Shown here one piece after another: positions 1 through 17,545 of a DNA stretch of 64,000 bases. The notes under the pieces are model-generated. The model worked only from the letters and a program-made list of their open reading frames with translations. It was not told where the DNA came from and did no database searches. Position numbers and translations under genes: made by a program. How positions within the stretch are numbered: the stretch's first letter is position 1; the number at the start of each line of letters is the position of its first letter. This DNA is from the human T2T-CHM13v2.0 reference genome, Homo sapiens, in NCBI RefSeq assembly GCF_009914755.1, contig NC_060946.1. One strand, given 5' to 3'.

Positions 1-3818
<3,818 letters not shown>

Positions 3819-5011
3819 TCAGGTTGTCCATCCCAGAAGGTCCTAAAGTCCAGGGAGGCAGGGGAACTCTCTGCTGCATTCCCCCAGCACCTCATTCAAC
3901 CAAGTGCGGGTGAACAAAATGGCTCTTCGCAGGCTGACCAATTGACCACTGACTCCTGGCTGCCACCCAGCCCCAAGGCCCAGGCTCTGCTTAGCACCTG
4001 CCATTCCAGGGCCTACTGGCATTTCCTGGCTTTGGTAACACACCTGATACCTGATGCCTGTAAAGGGGACCCACCTTTACTTGGGCCTCACACAGCAGGA
4101 AACCCTCCACCAGGCCGTGAGCCTGTGGGTCACTGGGTCTTGACGGCCAGCACTGGAAGGCGCCTTGACCTATGTCCAGGATTTCAAAACGCCCGAGGGG
4201 AACCTCCCAGGGCCCTCCATCCGCTTCCCAGGCAGACCTATCAGCCAGACAGCTTCCGTCTTGCCTCTGGGTTGAGACTGTGGCAATAATGGCTCTTCGG
4301 TTGACGAAAGGAAGTAAACTGTGTTGGGTAAATGCAGATGGACAGATTCTTTTCCAAGCTGGTGAGACCAAGGCAGGCGAGGCTGAGCGCTGCCCTTTTA
4401 TCAAGGCTTGACTGAAGGACCTCATCCAGAGTCACTATCAGAGCTCGCTCCAGCACTCTCCTTCATGGAGCCCCAGGGTCAGCAGTGGAGAGGGTCAGAG
4501 CACCCCCACAACCCCCACAGCGAGATGACCTCGGCTCGTCTTGCCTCTGCCACCAGAGCTGTGACTGTGGGCAAGATATTTTACAGCAGGACCAGTTTCT
4601 TGTCCGAAGGCAGGGCTATTAACAGGACCTAACTCAGGATACTTGTGTGGATAAAATCATGTGTGAAGAGCTTTTAGGGCCTTGCTTCTCAAAGAGGGGC
4701 CCCAGGCCATCAGCACACCTGGAGTGTGCAGGGGGAAGCTCTCAGCCCCACCCCAGCCCTCTTTACAAGACCCCCGCGTGGCACCTGTGGCGTGGCACCT
4801 GTGTGCACTCGTGTTTTCAAAGCCCCCGGACATCCCAACCACAGCCCAAGTGTTCTGAAAGTGGCCCCAGCCACACCTGCCTTCAGGGCGAGGGCTTGTT
4901 CCTCACTGACTCCTGCTGCTCCCAGCAAGACCCACTTCCGGGTCTGCAGGGAGAGGCCCTAAGGGCACAGAGGTGGACAAAGGGCTGCCTGCATCACTTT
5001 ATCTTTTCTAC

Positions 5012-5017
5012 TTTATT
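5012..5017 (-). terminator. Distal polyadenylation signal AATAAA
   Basis: Plus-strand tttatt; upstream U-rich/UGUA elements and a downstream UUUGU. Confidence 0.8.
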
Positions 5018-5641
5018 ACTTCAAATTAACAACCACGATAAAGCTCAAAAAAGTCCAATATTTACACAGGAAAAAAGTACAAAATTCCCCCCAAAGTTCT
5101 TCAGTTTTTTTTTTTTCAGTTTTTTAAATTACAAAGTAATAAAAAGCTTTGCTCTTTAATTAAAAAAAAAAAGGAAAAAGGGGAAACAGAGGTAAATAAA
5201 TTAGGAAAACACACACACGGAGAAAACAAACAAAAATAAAATAAAATAAAAACAAAAAGGTGTTAACTAGGAAGGATGGGTTAATCCAAAACCCAGCCCT
5301 GACTCCAGGCTCCTCCTCAGAAAGGTGGAACCAGGGAGAGGGGGGACCCCAGGTGACTGTCAGGACCAGGGAAGTAATTTATAACTCAGAGCCAGATGCC
5401 TTCTGGAAGCAGTCTCCATGGATTCTGCCCTAAAACCAGGAATGGAAGATGGAGCTGCCACCGGCTGATGACGGGCTAGGGGGGGACCGGTGGCAGCGAG
5501 GACCCTCTGAGCTCTGAGGGATGCGGAGGTCACCGCCCACCCCCATGTCCTTGTTAGTAGACACAGGAGAACGGGAATTCGGGCTGGCAGGCGGGGCGGG
5601 CCGTGGCACCTGCTGTCTTGGGAAACACAGGTCAATACATC

Positions 5642-5668
5642 CACACACACACACACACACACACACAC
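5642..5668. repeat. (CA)13 microsatellite, read as (UG)13 in the CSNK1E 3'UTR
   Basis: Direct reading. Confidence 0.95.
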
Positions 5669-6183
5669 GCAGGGGACGCCGGCCCCCACCACCTCCCCAC
5701 CCACTCCATGGAGAGGCAGAGGAGGAGCCTGGAGGCCAGGGGGACAATGGAAAAGCCCAGCACGGGAAGTCAGCCACTGTCATCTCAGAGTGGGTGGGGC
5801 TGTGCGTATCTCCTGGATTCTGAGGCTCGGAAAACTCGGTGGGAACTGCCTTCAACTGACTACACCACTCCCTGATGATGCTTGAGGGCCGGCTTTGGCT
5901 CTGGGACCTGTCACTTCTCCGACACGGACCCGACCCGTTCCTCTCCAGGCAGGTGGTGGGTGGGGGCAGGAACAGGAGGCCGGGCAGGCCCTGGCGTCTG
6001 GCTCCTGTAGCCTGGTGTTGTCAGGGGAGCATCTGGCAGCCTGAAGGTTGGGGGCAGCGGGCACCACAAGGGGGCAAGAATCCTCAGTGCTGAGGGCATC
6101 TCATCTTCTTGCCATTGGCAAAGAAATCAAAGAAACAAACTCCATCGTCGGTTTTGTGCTGGGTTTTTTTGTTGTTCTTTTGA

Positions 6184-6682
<499 letters not shown>

Positions 6683-7588
6683 TGACAGAAACGGATTCTC
6701 TCCCTTCTCTGCCCTCCTGGTGAGCATCTCCCCACCCCACCCCCAAATATCTGCCCAGCCCGCCATGGACAGCTTGGTTCCTGGGCCTGAGATCCGAGGA
6801 AGGCCAGCCCTGTTCATGCCTCCACTCTCTTGTGTGGATGAATTTCTACAAAACAGACCACACACAGATTGTCCCAGTGTAAAGTTGAGTCCCCCGACGT
6901 GTCGGACTACTGCCTACAAATGGACACACGTTCCCCAGAGAGCTCAGATTATACCCTCGAGAAGCCCAAAGAACCCCTGCCGCCTCCCCTTCCCCAAGCC
7001 AGGCCCCAGAGTGGGGCGTTTCCATACCCCGCCTCAAGGCCTGGTACAGTCCGGGAAGAACCAGCAGGCTCACGCTGGCCAGAGGGCCTCTCTCAGTCCT
7101 ACTACAGAGGCATAAAAAGGGCTCCTTTGCTTCCTCCACAGCCCTGTTGTGAGTCTTGTGCAGGAATTAACTTGCGTAACAGCCCAGAGGCTGAGACAGG
7201 GCTAATGCCGTGGGAGAGGTCAGAGTGTGAGCCCATGGCCCCGTCTCTGCTGGGAACCAACCTTCCAAAATATGTTAAGGCAGAAGGAGATAGAGACCTG
7301 GCCGAGGGCAGAAAAAGTTTTTCCAGCAGAAACTAATCCATGAGGGGTCAGGCCTGAGCATAGAAACCCTTGGCCCCAAGTCAGGCAGCCTCCGAGGTTT
7401 TAAACTACTTGAGGCCCCTTAGAGTTCTGGGGCGCCTGGTACCATCTGCCACTGCCACTGCCACCCACCCCTCCACAACACATTGGTCTCTTTCTGGGGC
7501 CCTGGGAGCTTCTAGGTCGGCTGGGCTGGCTGCATCTGCAGCAGTCATGGACTCACCTAAGCAAACACTGGTCCAATGGGGGCTCTCC

Positions 7589-7621
7589 TCACTTCCCGAG
7601 ATGGTCAAATGGCACACTTGT
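7589..7621 (-). CDS. CSNK1E: CSNK1E exon 10 coding part (TSVPFDHLGK*); exon continues as UTR to 7557
   Basis: Long pyrimidine tract then aaaag|ACA; TGA at 7591-7589; donor TAG|gtgagt at 7557/7556. Confidence 0.97.
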   Translation of the reverse strand, partial: TSVPFDHLGK

Positions 7622-8410
7622 CTTTTGAGGGTGGGGAGGGAGAGAGGGGGAGGGAGAGAGAGGGAGGTACAAGCTTCAAGTCAAGTCCCTTAGCCGCTGG
7701 CGATAGAGATTTGGCAAGTCTCTCCCCACTGAGGAGGTGTACCCCCACCCCCACCTCCAGGCAGCCCCTCAAGCTGAGGGAAGGCCTGTGTGATTCCAGT
7801 GACTCTAAGATGTCCCTGTCTGTAGCTAAGAATGTTGCCCAGGGAGGCAAACCTGCTACCTAAGTAGATGGCCAATGAGGGTTCTCTCGCAGGACTCCCT
7901 CCTCGCCCACAGGCAGGAGGACGAGGGCAGGGCTCCCACCCACCTCTGCCAGGCCACCTGCCCTGGGCAACTACAGATTCCCCCTTCCCAAGTGTCCCCA
8001 TCCAAACATAGCCCCAAAGAGGATGGGACCTCACTGCCCCTACACCCCATGCTCTTGCCAATGCTCACAGGGGCTCCTGGGGGCTCCCTGATGTCAGGGA
8101 GCAGCAACACCTCATCTCTGAGCCCCTGCTGCCCACCCTGGCTGGGCCCCTGGCAGCGAGGACTGGAGCCCAGCTGTGCCACTTGCCAGGGAATGTTACT
8201 GCCCTGAGCCTTGGTGAATGACTTTGCTCAAGAGGGCTCATCAGACCTCAGAGGATTAAATGAGGCCAAGTCCTGGCTCAACAGAAGGGGTTCACTCCAA
8301 GGCAAGCAGCGTCGATGGAAAGGGAAGAACAGAGCCACGGCCTGACCTCCCACTGGGGGGTCTCTAACTCAGTTCTGAGGCCCAGAGGGACTGGCAGGGG
8401 GGCAGCTCAC

Positions 8411-8550
8411 CTGTGAGGCTGGGATCCGGGAGACCTCTTGCCGCCCAGTGAGGTCTGAGGAGGAGACGTTGGCGGGCGCACCCCTGTGCAGCCTCATACT
8501 CACCTTCCTCTCCCGGTCGACCCGCGAGATCGCTCTGGGAGAAGTATTGC
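8411..8550 (-). CDS. CSNK1E: CSNK1E exon 9 ([47 protein letters not shown])
   Basis: ccag|GCAAT ... CAG|gtgagc; 140 nt; preceded by a 93-nt intron. Confidence 0.98.
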
Positions 8551-8643
8551 CTGGAGGGAGAGTGGGAAGCCACCCTCAGAGTAGGCACAAACAGAGCCCC
8601 CCACCCACCCTGAACCCAGCCCACTGCCTGAGTCCCTGCTCAC

Positions 8644-8836
8644 CAGCCGGCTGGATGCGGGAGGCTGGCGTGGAAGCCACGGGCTCGGCGGCACTGCGGA
8701 GCCGGTTGGCAGTGGCCCCCGTGGGTGGGCCAGGGGGCAGGGCTCGGGTCGCGGACCCCCGTAGCTGCCCCATCCTCTCCTCGCGTTCGTGTTCTCGCCG
8801 CTCCCGGTCCACATCCTCGGGATTCCGGGCTGCACC
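8644..8836 (-). CDS. CSNK1E: CSNK1E exon 8 ([64 protein letters not shown]); autoinhibitory tail
   Basis: gcag|GGT ... GCTG|gtgagc; 193 nt; matches ORF 8576..8860. Confidence 0.98.
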
Positions 8837-9688
8837 CTGCAGGGATGCAAGAAAAGACACCAGTCAGCCCCAGAGGCCAGGGTGCTCTGGGCCCAGCAGC
8901 CCTGCAGGGCACAGAAGGGGAGGGAGGCCAGGTGGATATCTCAGAAACCTTCTGCTCCAGCCTCCCTGACAAGCGCGGGAAGCCAAGACCCACGATCACA
9001 CAGCACAGAGACACGAAGCCACACAACCACCAGAGGAAGGAGAAAGCAGGAGTCTGGGGGCAGAGGGAGGTCAGTCTGCCCTGCTCTCCTGGGATGGAGC
9101 CAGAGAAAGGACAACTAATGCGCCCAGGATGATCAAGAGCACCTCTTGGCCCTCCTGACCTGGGGCTGGGCCTGCCCTGGCCCCACTCTGTGTACCAAGA
9201 GCCCTTAACTACTCAAGGTTGCTAAACCGAGCAGGAAAGCTGTTTAGAGGCCTCTAGCAGACTGGCTAGGGGTGTCCAGAGGGGGAAAAGAACAGGCCCA
9301 GAGTCACAAAACTAGTGGAAGGCTGGGCTAGGACTCAGACCAGCTCTCCCGGTACCTAGCCAGGGGCTCTTCTCATCAGGGAGCTGTCCTTCCCCCTGCC
9401 GGGACCTGGCAATGGCTTCTGGCAGGTGCAGTGGAGGCCACAGCCAGGAGGCCCAGGGAACCCACAGACACCGCCTGCCTTGGGACAGAAGCTCAAGGGG
9501 AGCTGGAGAAGAAAATGGGGCCACGTTCCCCACGGAGGAAGAAGAGGCCCAGCAGGCAAAGCTGGAGCAGAAGGGGTACCCTAAGCCCCCAGGTGCCCTG
9601 CTGTCCAGCCACTGCCGCCCCTGGTGCAGGAGGAAGTGAGAAGGGGCCAGAGAAGAGCATATGTGGGGGCAGCGCCCGACTGCGTTAC

Positions 9689-9749
9689 CTAGTTCATCCT
9701 GGGGCCGTCCACAGGGAAGGGCAGGGGGCTGGCAGGAAGGGGGCCGCAT
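9689..9749 (-). CDS. CSNK1E: Candidate 61-nt frameshifting cassette exon (MRPPSCQPPALPCGRPQDEL+G)
   Basis: Acceptor ctctctcctccacag|ATG; donor TAG|gtaacg; leads into an open alternative frame of exons 8-10. Confidence 0.6.
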
Positions 9750-11052
9750 CTGTGGAGGAGAGAGCTCTGGGCTGAGTTGGGGGCCTGCTCATGGGCACAG
9801 GGTGTGGTTCCTGCAACCCATGTCTCTCCCAGGAGACTGGCCAAGAGGTGGGGGTGGGCCCTGTCTTTAAGCAACTCCAGGAAGTAGTGGCTAGGACCAG
9901 AATGATCCCTGAATCTTAGTGAGGCACCAAGGCCCAGAGAGGCCTTGTGACCTGCCCGGGGTTGCACAGCTCAGGGCAGAGCTAGGGTCTGAACCCAGGC
10001 CTCTGCCACCTAGTCCCACTCTGCTCTCTGCACCCCAAGAGGTCACTGTTCAGAGTCTTGCCTTAGAACACTCTAGAAGATGCATCTTCCCATCCTCCCA
10101 CCCAGAAGCCTCTCAGGCAGGCCTGGGACCACCGGGGCTCTAACTCCTGACCTCCGGTCCTCACCCTGGGCTCCCACTCGGTTGCAGGCTGGCCAACAGT
10201 GACTCAGCCAGAGCCACAGCAAAGCCTGGGGAGGAACACGAGCTGTGGCACCTCCGTGCCGAACCTTCTGCGGGCAGAGTCACATCAACCCTGTGAGGCA
10301 GGTCAATCTCATTTCCATGCTTGGGATACAGAGGCTGAGTGACTCACTCCAAGGTGTGGAGCCCTGCAGCCAGCAGCCAAGCAGAGGGCTGGAGCCCCTG
10401 CCCTTTGTGAGCCCAGCAGGCTCAGGCCATTGCCAGCCCCGAGGCAAGAAGTGGGCGACTCTCCATGGTCCCATCCAACCCATAGGACGCAAGAAACACA
10501 CAGCAGGGAGCTCTCTTGGCCTTTACTGCCCATAGAAAACATAAAAGGTCAGCAAAGTCACACGAGCATCCACCCGTCATCATATGGACCTCTGTCCTTG
10601 GCTGTGTTGAATTCCTTCCCGGCCAGCTGACTGGACCTCGGAACACAGTGGCTGTATGTGCTGAGAGTGGCTTCCAGGCCCCAGGGATCCACAGATCCCA
10701 GCACCCCGGTGCAGCCAACAACACAGGGTGTCCTGTCTACTGTTGGGTAGCATGGGAAGGGCCTGGCCTCAGGGTGAAGGTTCCCATTGCATGTTTTCCA
10801 GGTGCTTCTGCCAGGGGACTGCTGGAGGTGGTTCAGCTCACTACAGTGGCCGTGGCATTGAGTCAGAGATTGGCAAAGGATAAGGCTGTGGGTGCCTCTG
10901 CCCAGCTTCTAACTCCAGGGCCTGCCTCAAGAGGGACTTCCAGGAAGGCGGTCAGACCAGCAGCAGTGGGTGGAGAGGTGCTCCTGGCCTGGTTGGAAAA
11001 GAGATCTTGCTGGCTAGACAGTCTTGTGAGACTCCATAAGGGAGGAACCTAG

Positions 11053-11532
<480 letters not shown>

Positions 11533-11920
11533 TGACTATCTCGATAAGAAAGTGCCCAGTGCCCAATGCCCTGTGGTGGAAAGAGCTGGTCCCAGGTGCT
11601 CAAGGCCATGGGCCCCATTTGGAGCCAGAAGGTCTAGGGTGAAGTCAGAGAAGACGTCCCCTGCCCATATCCCATTTCCAGCCTTGCTGAAAAGGGCAAC
11701 AGAGGCCTCTCCCTGAGGTCCCTAGCCTGCGAGACCCCCATTCTCTGCCTGACCTCTGTGTTACTCCTTAGTGAACAAGAAACCCAGAGAGAAGAGAAGC
11801 CCAAGACCAATGTGCCGACCTTGGCTTCCAGGAGAACAGAGCCTTGGTCCTAACCATCTAGCAGGGTGGCTGAGGGCCCTGCCATGAAAGAGGCACACCA
11901 GGATGAAGCAAGAGGAGGTG

Positions 11921-11926
11921 TTTAAT
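11921..11926 (-). terminator. Candidate intronic polyA signal ATTAAA for the alternative terminal exon
   Basis: Plus-strand tttaat about 260 nt after the alternative stop. Confidence 0.45.
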
Positions 11927-12185
11927 GAGTTCTGGTTCAACACAGAGGCCGCCAACGGGGTCTAGCTATGAGTCTGTCCTGGGACCCGTTCCCACCAGGC
12001 CCCTTGTGGGCAGTGGCCACCATCCCTCCCTCAGGCTGTCCTGGCCCTCAAGGACCCCATGGCAGGGCCTTTTCCACCATGGCCTCCACTGTGCTGCCAT
12101 CTCTTGGGAACAGGGGGTCATCCCATCCTCCCAAGAAACACTTCCTCAGGCCTGGCCCCGATGGGCTCAGGCACACCTGGCGACA

Positions 12186-12300
12186 TCAGAAATGGGGCCC
12201 TGGAGTCCAGACCACAGGCCAGTAGTTTTGGGGGGACAGCTCCTCCACCTCCTCCACCGGCCTATCTGGGGGGCTCTGGGTGCCCAGGGGAGCCGGGCAC
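12186..12300 (-). CDS. CSNK1E: Candidate alternative terminal exon, coding part (WCPAPLGTQSPPDRPVEEVEELSPQNYWPVVWTPGPHF*)
   Basis: Strong acceptor gctttttgtccctttcag|G; in frame with the 12396-12505 exon; TGA at 12188-12186; ATTAAA at 11926-11921. Confidence 0.7.
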
Positions 12301-12395
12301 CTGAAAGGGACAAAAAGCACAGCTGAGGCTCAGCCTCTTGCGCTCACTGGTCAAGTGGCAAATTTTGGAAAAGCCAGACCTCAGAGGATCCTTAC

Positions 12396-12505
12396 CAGTA
12401 CGTGGGTGAGTACGTGGGCCCAGCACAGGGACAGGGGCGGGGACAGAAAGGTCCCTTCGCTGTCATGGGGCTGTCACGGGGCTGAGCCTGGCTCGAGGAA
12501 GCCCC
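12396..12505 (-). CDS. CSNK1E: Candidate alternative CSNK1E exon in intron 7 (GASSSQAQPRDSPMTAKGPFCPRPCPCAGPTYSPTY)
   Basis: Acceptor tcttgtttcacatctcttctggaaaag|GGG; donor CTG|GTAAGG; 110 nt, open in phase 0 after exon 7. Confidence 0.7.
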
Positions 12506-13087
12506 CTTTTCCAGAAGAGATGTGAAACAAGACATACAATTTCACAGATTCCAGAGCTCTGGGTACGGCCGGCCAATGCTGCTCCCCACCCAACCCCACC
12601 CCTGGGACTCTTAAAAGAGGGAAACAGAACAACTGCCTAGCCAGACCCAGGGGCCCATGACCAAGAAGAAAGCAAGCACCATGACTGGGTCCAGGCTGGC
12701 CCGAGGGGCCATGGTGCAGGTAGCCACCTGGGATGTGCAGAACAGGAGCAGCAGGACGGTGTAGGCAGCAATCAGGGCAGCAGGGGGCGCCGCCAGCACC
12801 ACCCATGCCCTGCTGCGGGCACCCAGGAGGGACCCCAGGTGAAGCCAGATCCTCCTTGTTCCGACGGGAGACAGCGCCCTGCCTGGGCCCTGCTGCCCAT
12901 GGTGGCACAAGCTGTCAGCACGGATGAGGCTGGAGGGCTCTGGGACCCCAGTGAGGTCAACCACACTGTCCAGCTCGTACCTCCCGTCTGTCGGGAGCCC
13001 CTCCCGCCACCAGCTCACTCTGGCCCTCTGAGTCAGGGCCTTCCCCATCCAGTCCCCCAAGCCCGCCTTGGCCTCCAGGTGACTCAC

Positions 13088-13236
13088 GAATTTCAGCATG
13101 TTCCAGTCAAAGACGTAGTCATAGGAGAAGCCCTGCCGGTGGAAGAGGTTGCGGAAGAGCTGACGTAGGTAAGAGTAGTCGGGCTTGTCGTCAAACCGCA
13201 GGGAGCGGCAGAAGTTGAGGTATGTTGAGAATTCGG
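13088..13236 (-). CDS. CSNK1E: CSNK1E exon 7 ([50 protein letters not shown]); end of kinase domain
   Basis: ccag|CCGAA ... TTC|gtgagt; 149 nt; ends in phase 0 at codon 295. Confidence 0.99.
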
Positions 13237-13825
13237 CTGGAGGGTGTTGCAGAGGATAGAGAAGGCCACTGTGAGGCCCACGCTCCCAGACCCCCTGCAG
13301 CCAGCACTGTCCTAGCCACCCACTGTCCCTAGATACTTCCAATCTGTGAGAGGCAAGAAAAGGAGGCAACAGAGCCATGGCCTTCCCTATCCTACCGTGA
13401 TGAAAGCCTAGCCTGCCCGTGAGCAGAGCCTCTGCTGCTTTCAGAGCAAGGGAAGACCTGCGAACAGTGGCCAGGAGCCTCTGCCAGGTAGCCGGATCCA
13501 GGAGCCATCCATGCCCACAGCTCTTCCGCTGCCCTCGCCAAGCACCCTGGGGCCCACAGATCAATCGTTGCCATAAATTCAAAGGACTGCAAGAGCCTGA
13601 CGGGACCTTCTAACACAACCTAAGCAAGAAGAGGAAAACTTCCAATTCCTCCTCAAAAACACTGGGGAGAGGGCCCTTGGGAGATGAGGCAGGAATGTAG
13701 GCTGGGAAGCAACAGGTGTAACAGCCAGGACAGGGAAACCGGGCCTTCTGGCTGTGCCAAGGAGTGGCAAAGAGCCAGGGATTACTGCTCAGGTGCCAAG
13801 GGCTGTGGGGCAGCCCAGTGTGGGC

Positions 13826-14110
<285 letters not shown>

Positions 14111-14196
14111 CAGCGTGGGCTTTGTATGGCCTCACCTTTCCCTTAGACAGTGCCTCAGGGGCCCCCAGGCATGTCCCCTCCCACTGGGCTACTCAC

Positions 14197-14367
14197 AGGG
14201 ATAGCCTTTGCAGAGGACCTCGATGGGCGTTGACATCTTCTTCTCGCTGATCCGTTCATACTTCTGGCGCTTGGTGGCTGCTTTGAGCCCCTGCCAGGGC
14301 AGGGAGCCCAGGTTGAAGTACATGAGCACGTAGCCCAGGCTCTCCAGGTCATCTCGACGGCTTTGCT
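14197..14367 (-). CDS. CSNK1E: CSNK1E exon 6 ([57 protein letters not shown])
   Basis: gcag|AGCAA ... CCCT|gtgagt; 171 nt; LPWQGLKA signature and TKRQKY basic motif. Confidence 0.99.
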
Positions 14368-15025
14368 CTGCACAGAGAGTCAAAGACTAGGTGAGGGACA
14401 GGGGTCCACTCAGGCCCCTAACTCATCCTCTGGGTCATGCTCCTCACAATGCACCAGGACCCTCCTGCCCCCACGTCGGATGTTGCTCACTGCACGCATT
14501 TTAAACAGGCACTGCTATTATCCTCCTCCTACAGAGAAGAAGCCTGAGGCAGGGCCTTCTCAACTTAATTTGGGCCTAGTTTTTCCAGTTCAGGCACTTA
14601 ATCATTCAATGACTATGAGAGGGCACCTACTGCCCCCTTGCCTGGCCCACCCCGTGGAGAGGTCACAAGCTTCAGCATCAGACAGGGCCGGGGTCAAGTC
14701 CAGCTTTGGCATTAGCTAAGCTGCATGACCTTAAGCAACCCATGTTAAACCTCTGAGCCTGTATCTTCCAGCCTGCACCAACAGGGCGGAGGAGGAAGCA
14801 GGGCCAGGGAAGGCGCCCGGCACACACAGCTTGGCTTACGAAGGGGAAGACCCGACTGTGCAAGGACACGGAATAAGCACGAGCTTGGGGGCAGACGGGG
14901 TGGGGACTTTCTCACTAGAAAAGAGCCTGGGGGCCTCCATCAGGGTAGGGGGTGAGAGGGCTCCAGAGAGCTGGGCCCCAGCCAGTGGCCCCGGGTGCAC
15001 ACTGCTCCAGGCCTGGCTCCCTCAC

Positions 15026-15254
15026 CAATGCCCAGGTGCGTGTTGATGGAAGCGTAGCGGGCCGTGCCGGTCAGGTTCTTGTTTTCCCGGTAGGGAATGT
15101 GCTGGTGGGTGCGGGCGTCCCGGTACTTCTTGGCCAGGCCGAAGTCGATGATGTAGACCAGGTTGCCCTTCTTCCCCAGCCCCATGAGGAAGTTGTCGGG
15201 CTTGACGTCCCGGTGGATGAAGTTCTTGGAGTGGATATACTCGATGCGGCTGAT
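15026..15254 (-). CDS. CSNK1E: CSNK1E exon 5 ([44 protein letters not shown]...[15 protein letters not shown])
   Basis: ccag|ATC ... ATTG|gtgagg; 229 nt; HRD, DFG and SIN motifs; includes R178. Confidence 0.99.
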
Positions 15255-15498
15255 CTGGGGAGGAGGGGGGCCATTTGTTCAACAGAGGGGCCCTTGCCTA
15301 GCACTCTGGGCCAGGCAGGGGCTGGGGCCACAGAGGTGGAAAGGCAGAGGGAGAAAGGCCTGCCTTCGACCATGAAGGATAACTAAGGGGCAGGCCAGAG
15401 AAGGCCTCCTGGAAAATGTGACATCAGGATGAACTCTAAAGGGGGAGTTCACCAAGTTGGCTGTGAGACAGAGAAAGAGAGTATTGCAGGAAAGCTAA

Positions 15499-17025
<1,527 letters not shown>

Positions 17026-17161
17026 CACCTACAATTCTATAGCCAGTGGACAAGGTCCCCTGGCCCAGGCCCATCCTCTGGCATCCTCTGGGGGCAGGAG
17101 GCAGGGCTGGTATCCTGGGCCCACAGGCATCTGGCTGGGGATGGAGGGGACGGGGACTCAC

Positions 17162-17310
17162 CATCTGGTCGGCCAAGAGCAGCACCGTCTTGAGGCTGAA
17201 TTTGCGGGAACAGAAGTTGAACAGGTCCTCGAGGCTAGGCCCCAGCAGCTCCATGACCATCACGTTGTAGTCGCCCTCAGCTCCGCACCACTTGATGGAC
17301 GGGATCCCCA
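17162..17310 (-). CDS. CSNK1E: CSNK1E exon 4 ([50 protein letters not shown])
   Basis: ccag|TGGGG ... ATG|gtgagt; 149 nt; CK1 signature [10 protein letters not shown]; matches ORF 16742..17311. Confidence 0.99.
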
Positions 17311-17434
17311 CTGGGGGTCAAGCAGAGGGCCTCTGTCAGGGGTCAGAGGCAGCCAGCCACGCCCGGCCCACCCTGTGCTCATGGCTGCCCACCGCCACCC
17401 ACCCGGCGCCCGCCGCCGCCCACCCTGCGCTCAC

Positions 17435-17545
17435 CGCCACCCTGCATCATCTTGTAGAACTTGCTCTCGATGTGCAGCTGGGGGTGCTTTGTCTTCACAC
17501 ACTCCAGCTTGATGGCGACTTCCTCACCAGAGGCGATGTTGGCAC
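17435..17545 (-). CDS. CSNK1E: CSNK1E exon 3 ([36 protein letters not shown]; catalytic Lys38)
   Basis: cag|GTGCC ... GGCG|gtgagc; 111 nt. Confidence 0.98.

Noticed and set aside
5138-5250. Plus-strand AATAAA copies suggesting a convergent antisense transcript
   Set aside because: More simply explained as the complement of U-rich 3'UTR elements
7605-7619. Alternative-frame C-terminus KCAI as a CaaX prenylation motif
   Set aside because: The Cys is third from the end, not fourth; not a canonical CaaX
10863-11048. Possible extra intron-7 exon (ctag|VPPLWSLTRLSSQQ...ANL*) and a similar acceptor at 9891 (PLLPGVA*)
   Set aside because: Mediocre acceptors with no clear donor or polyA signal; not supportable without RNA data
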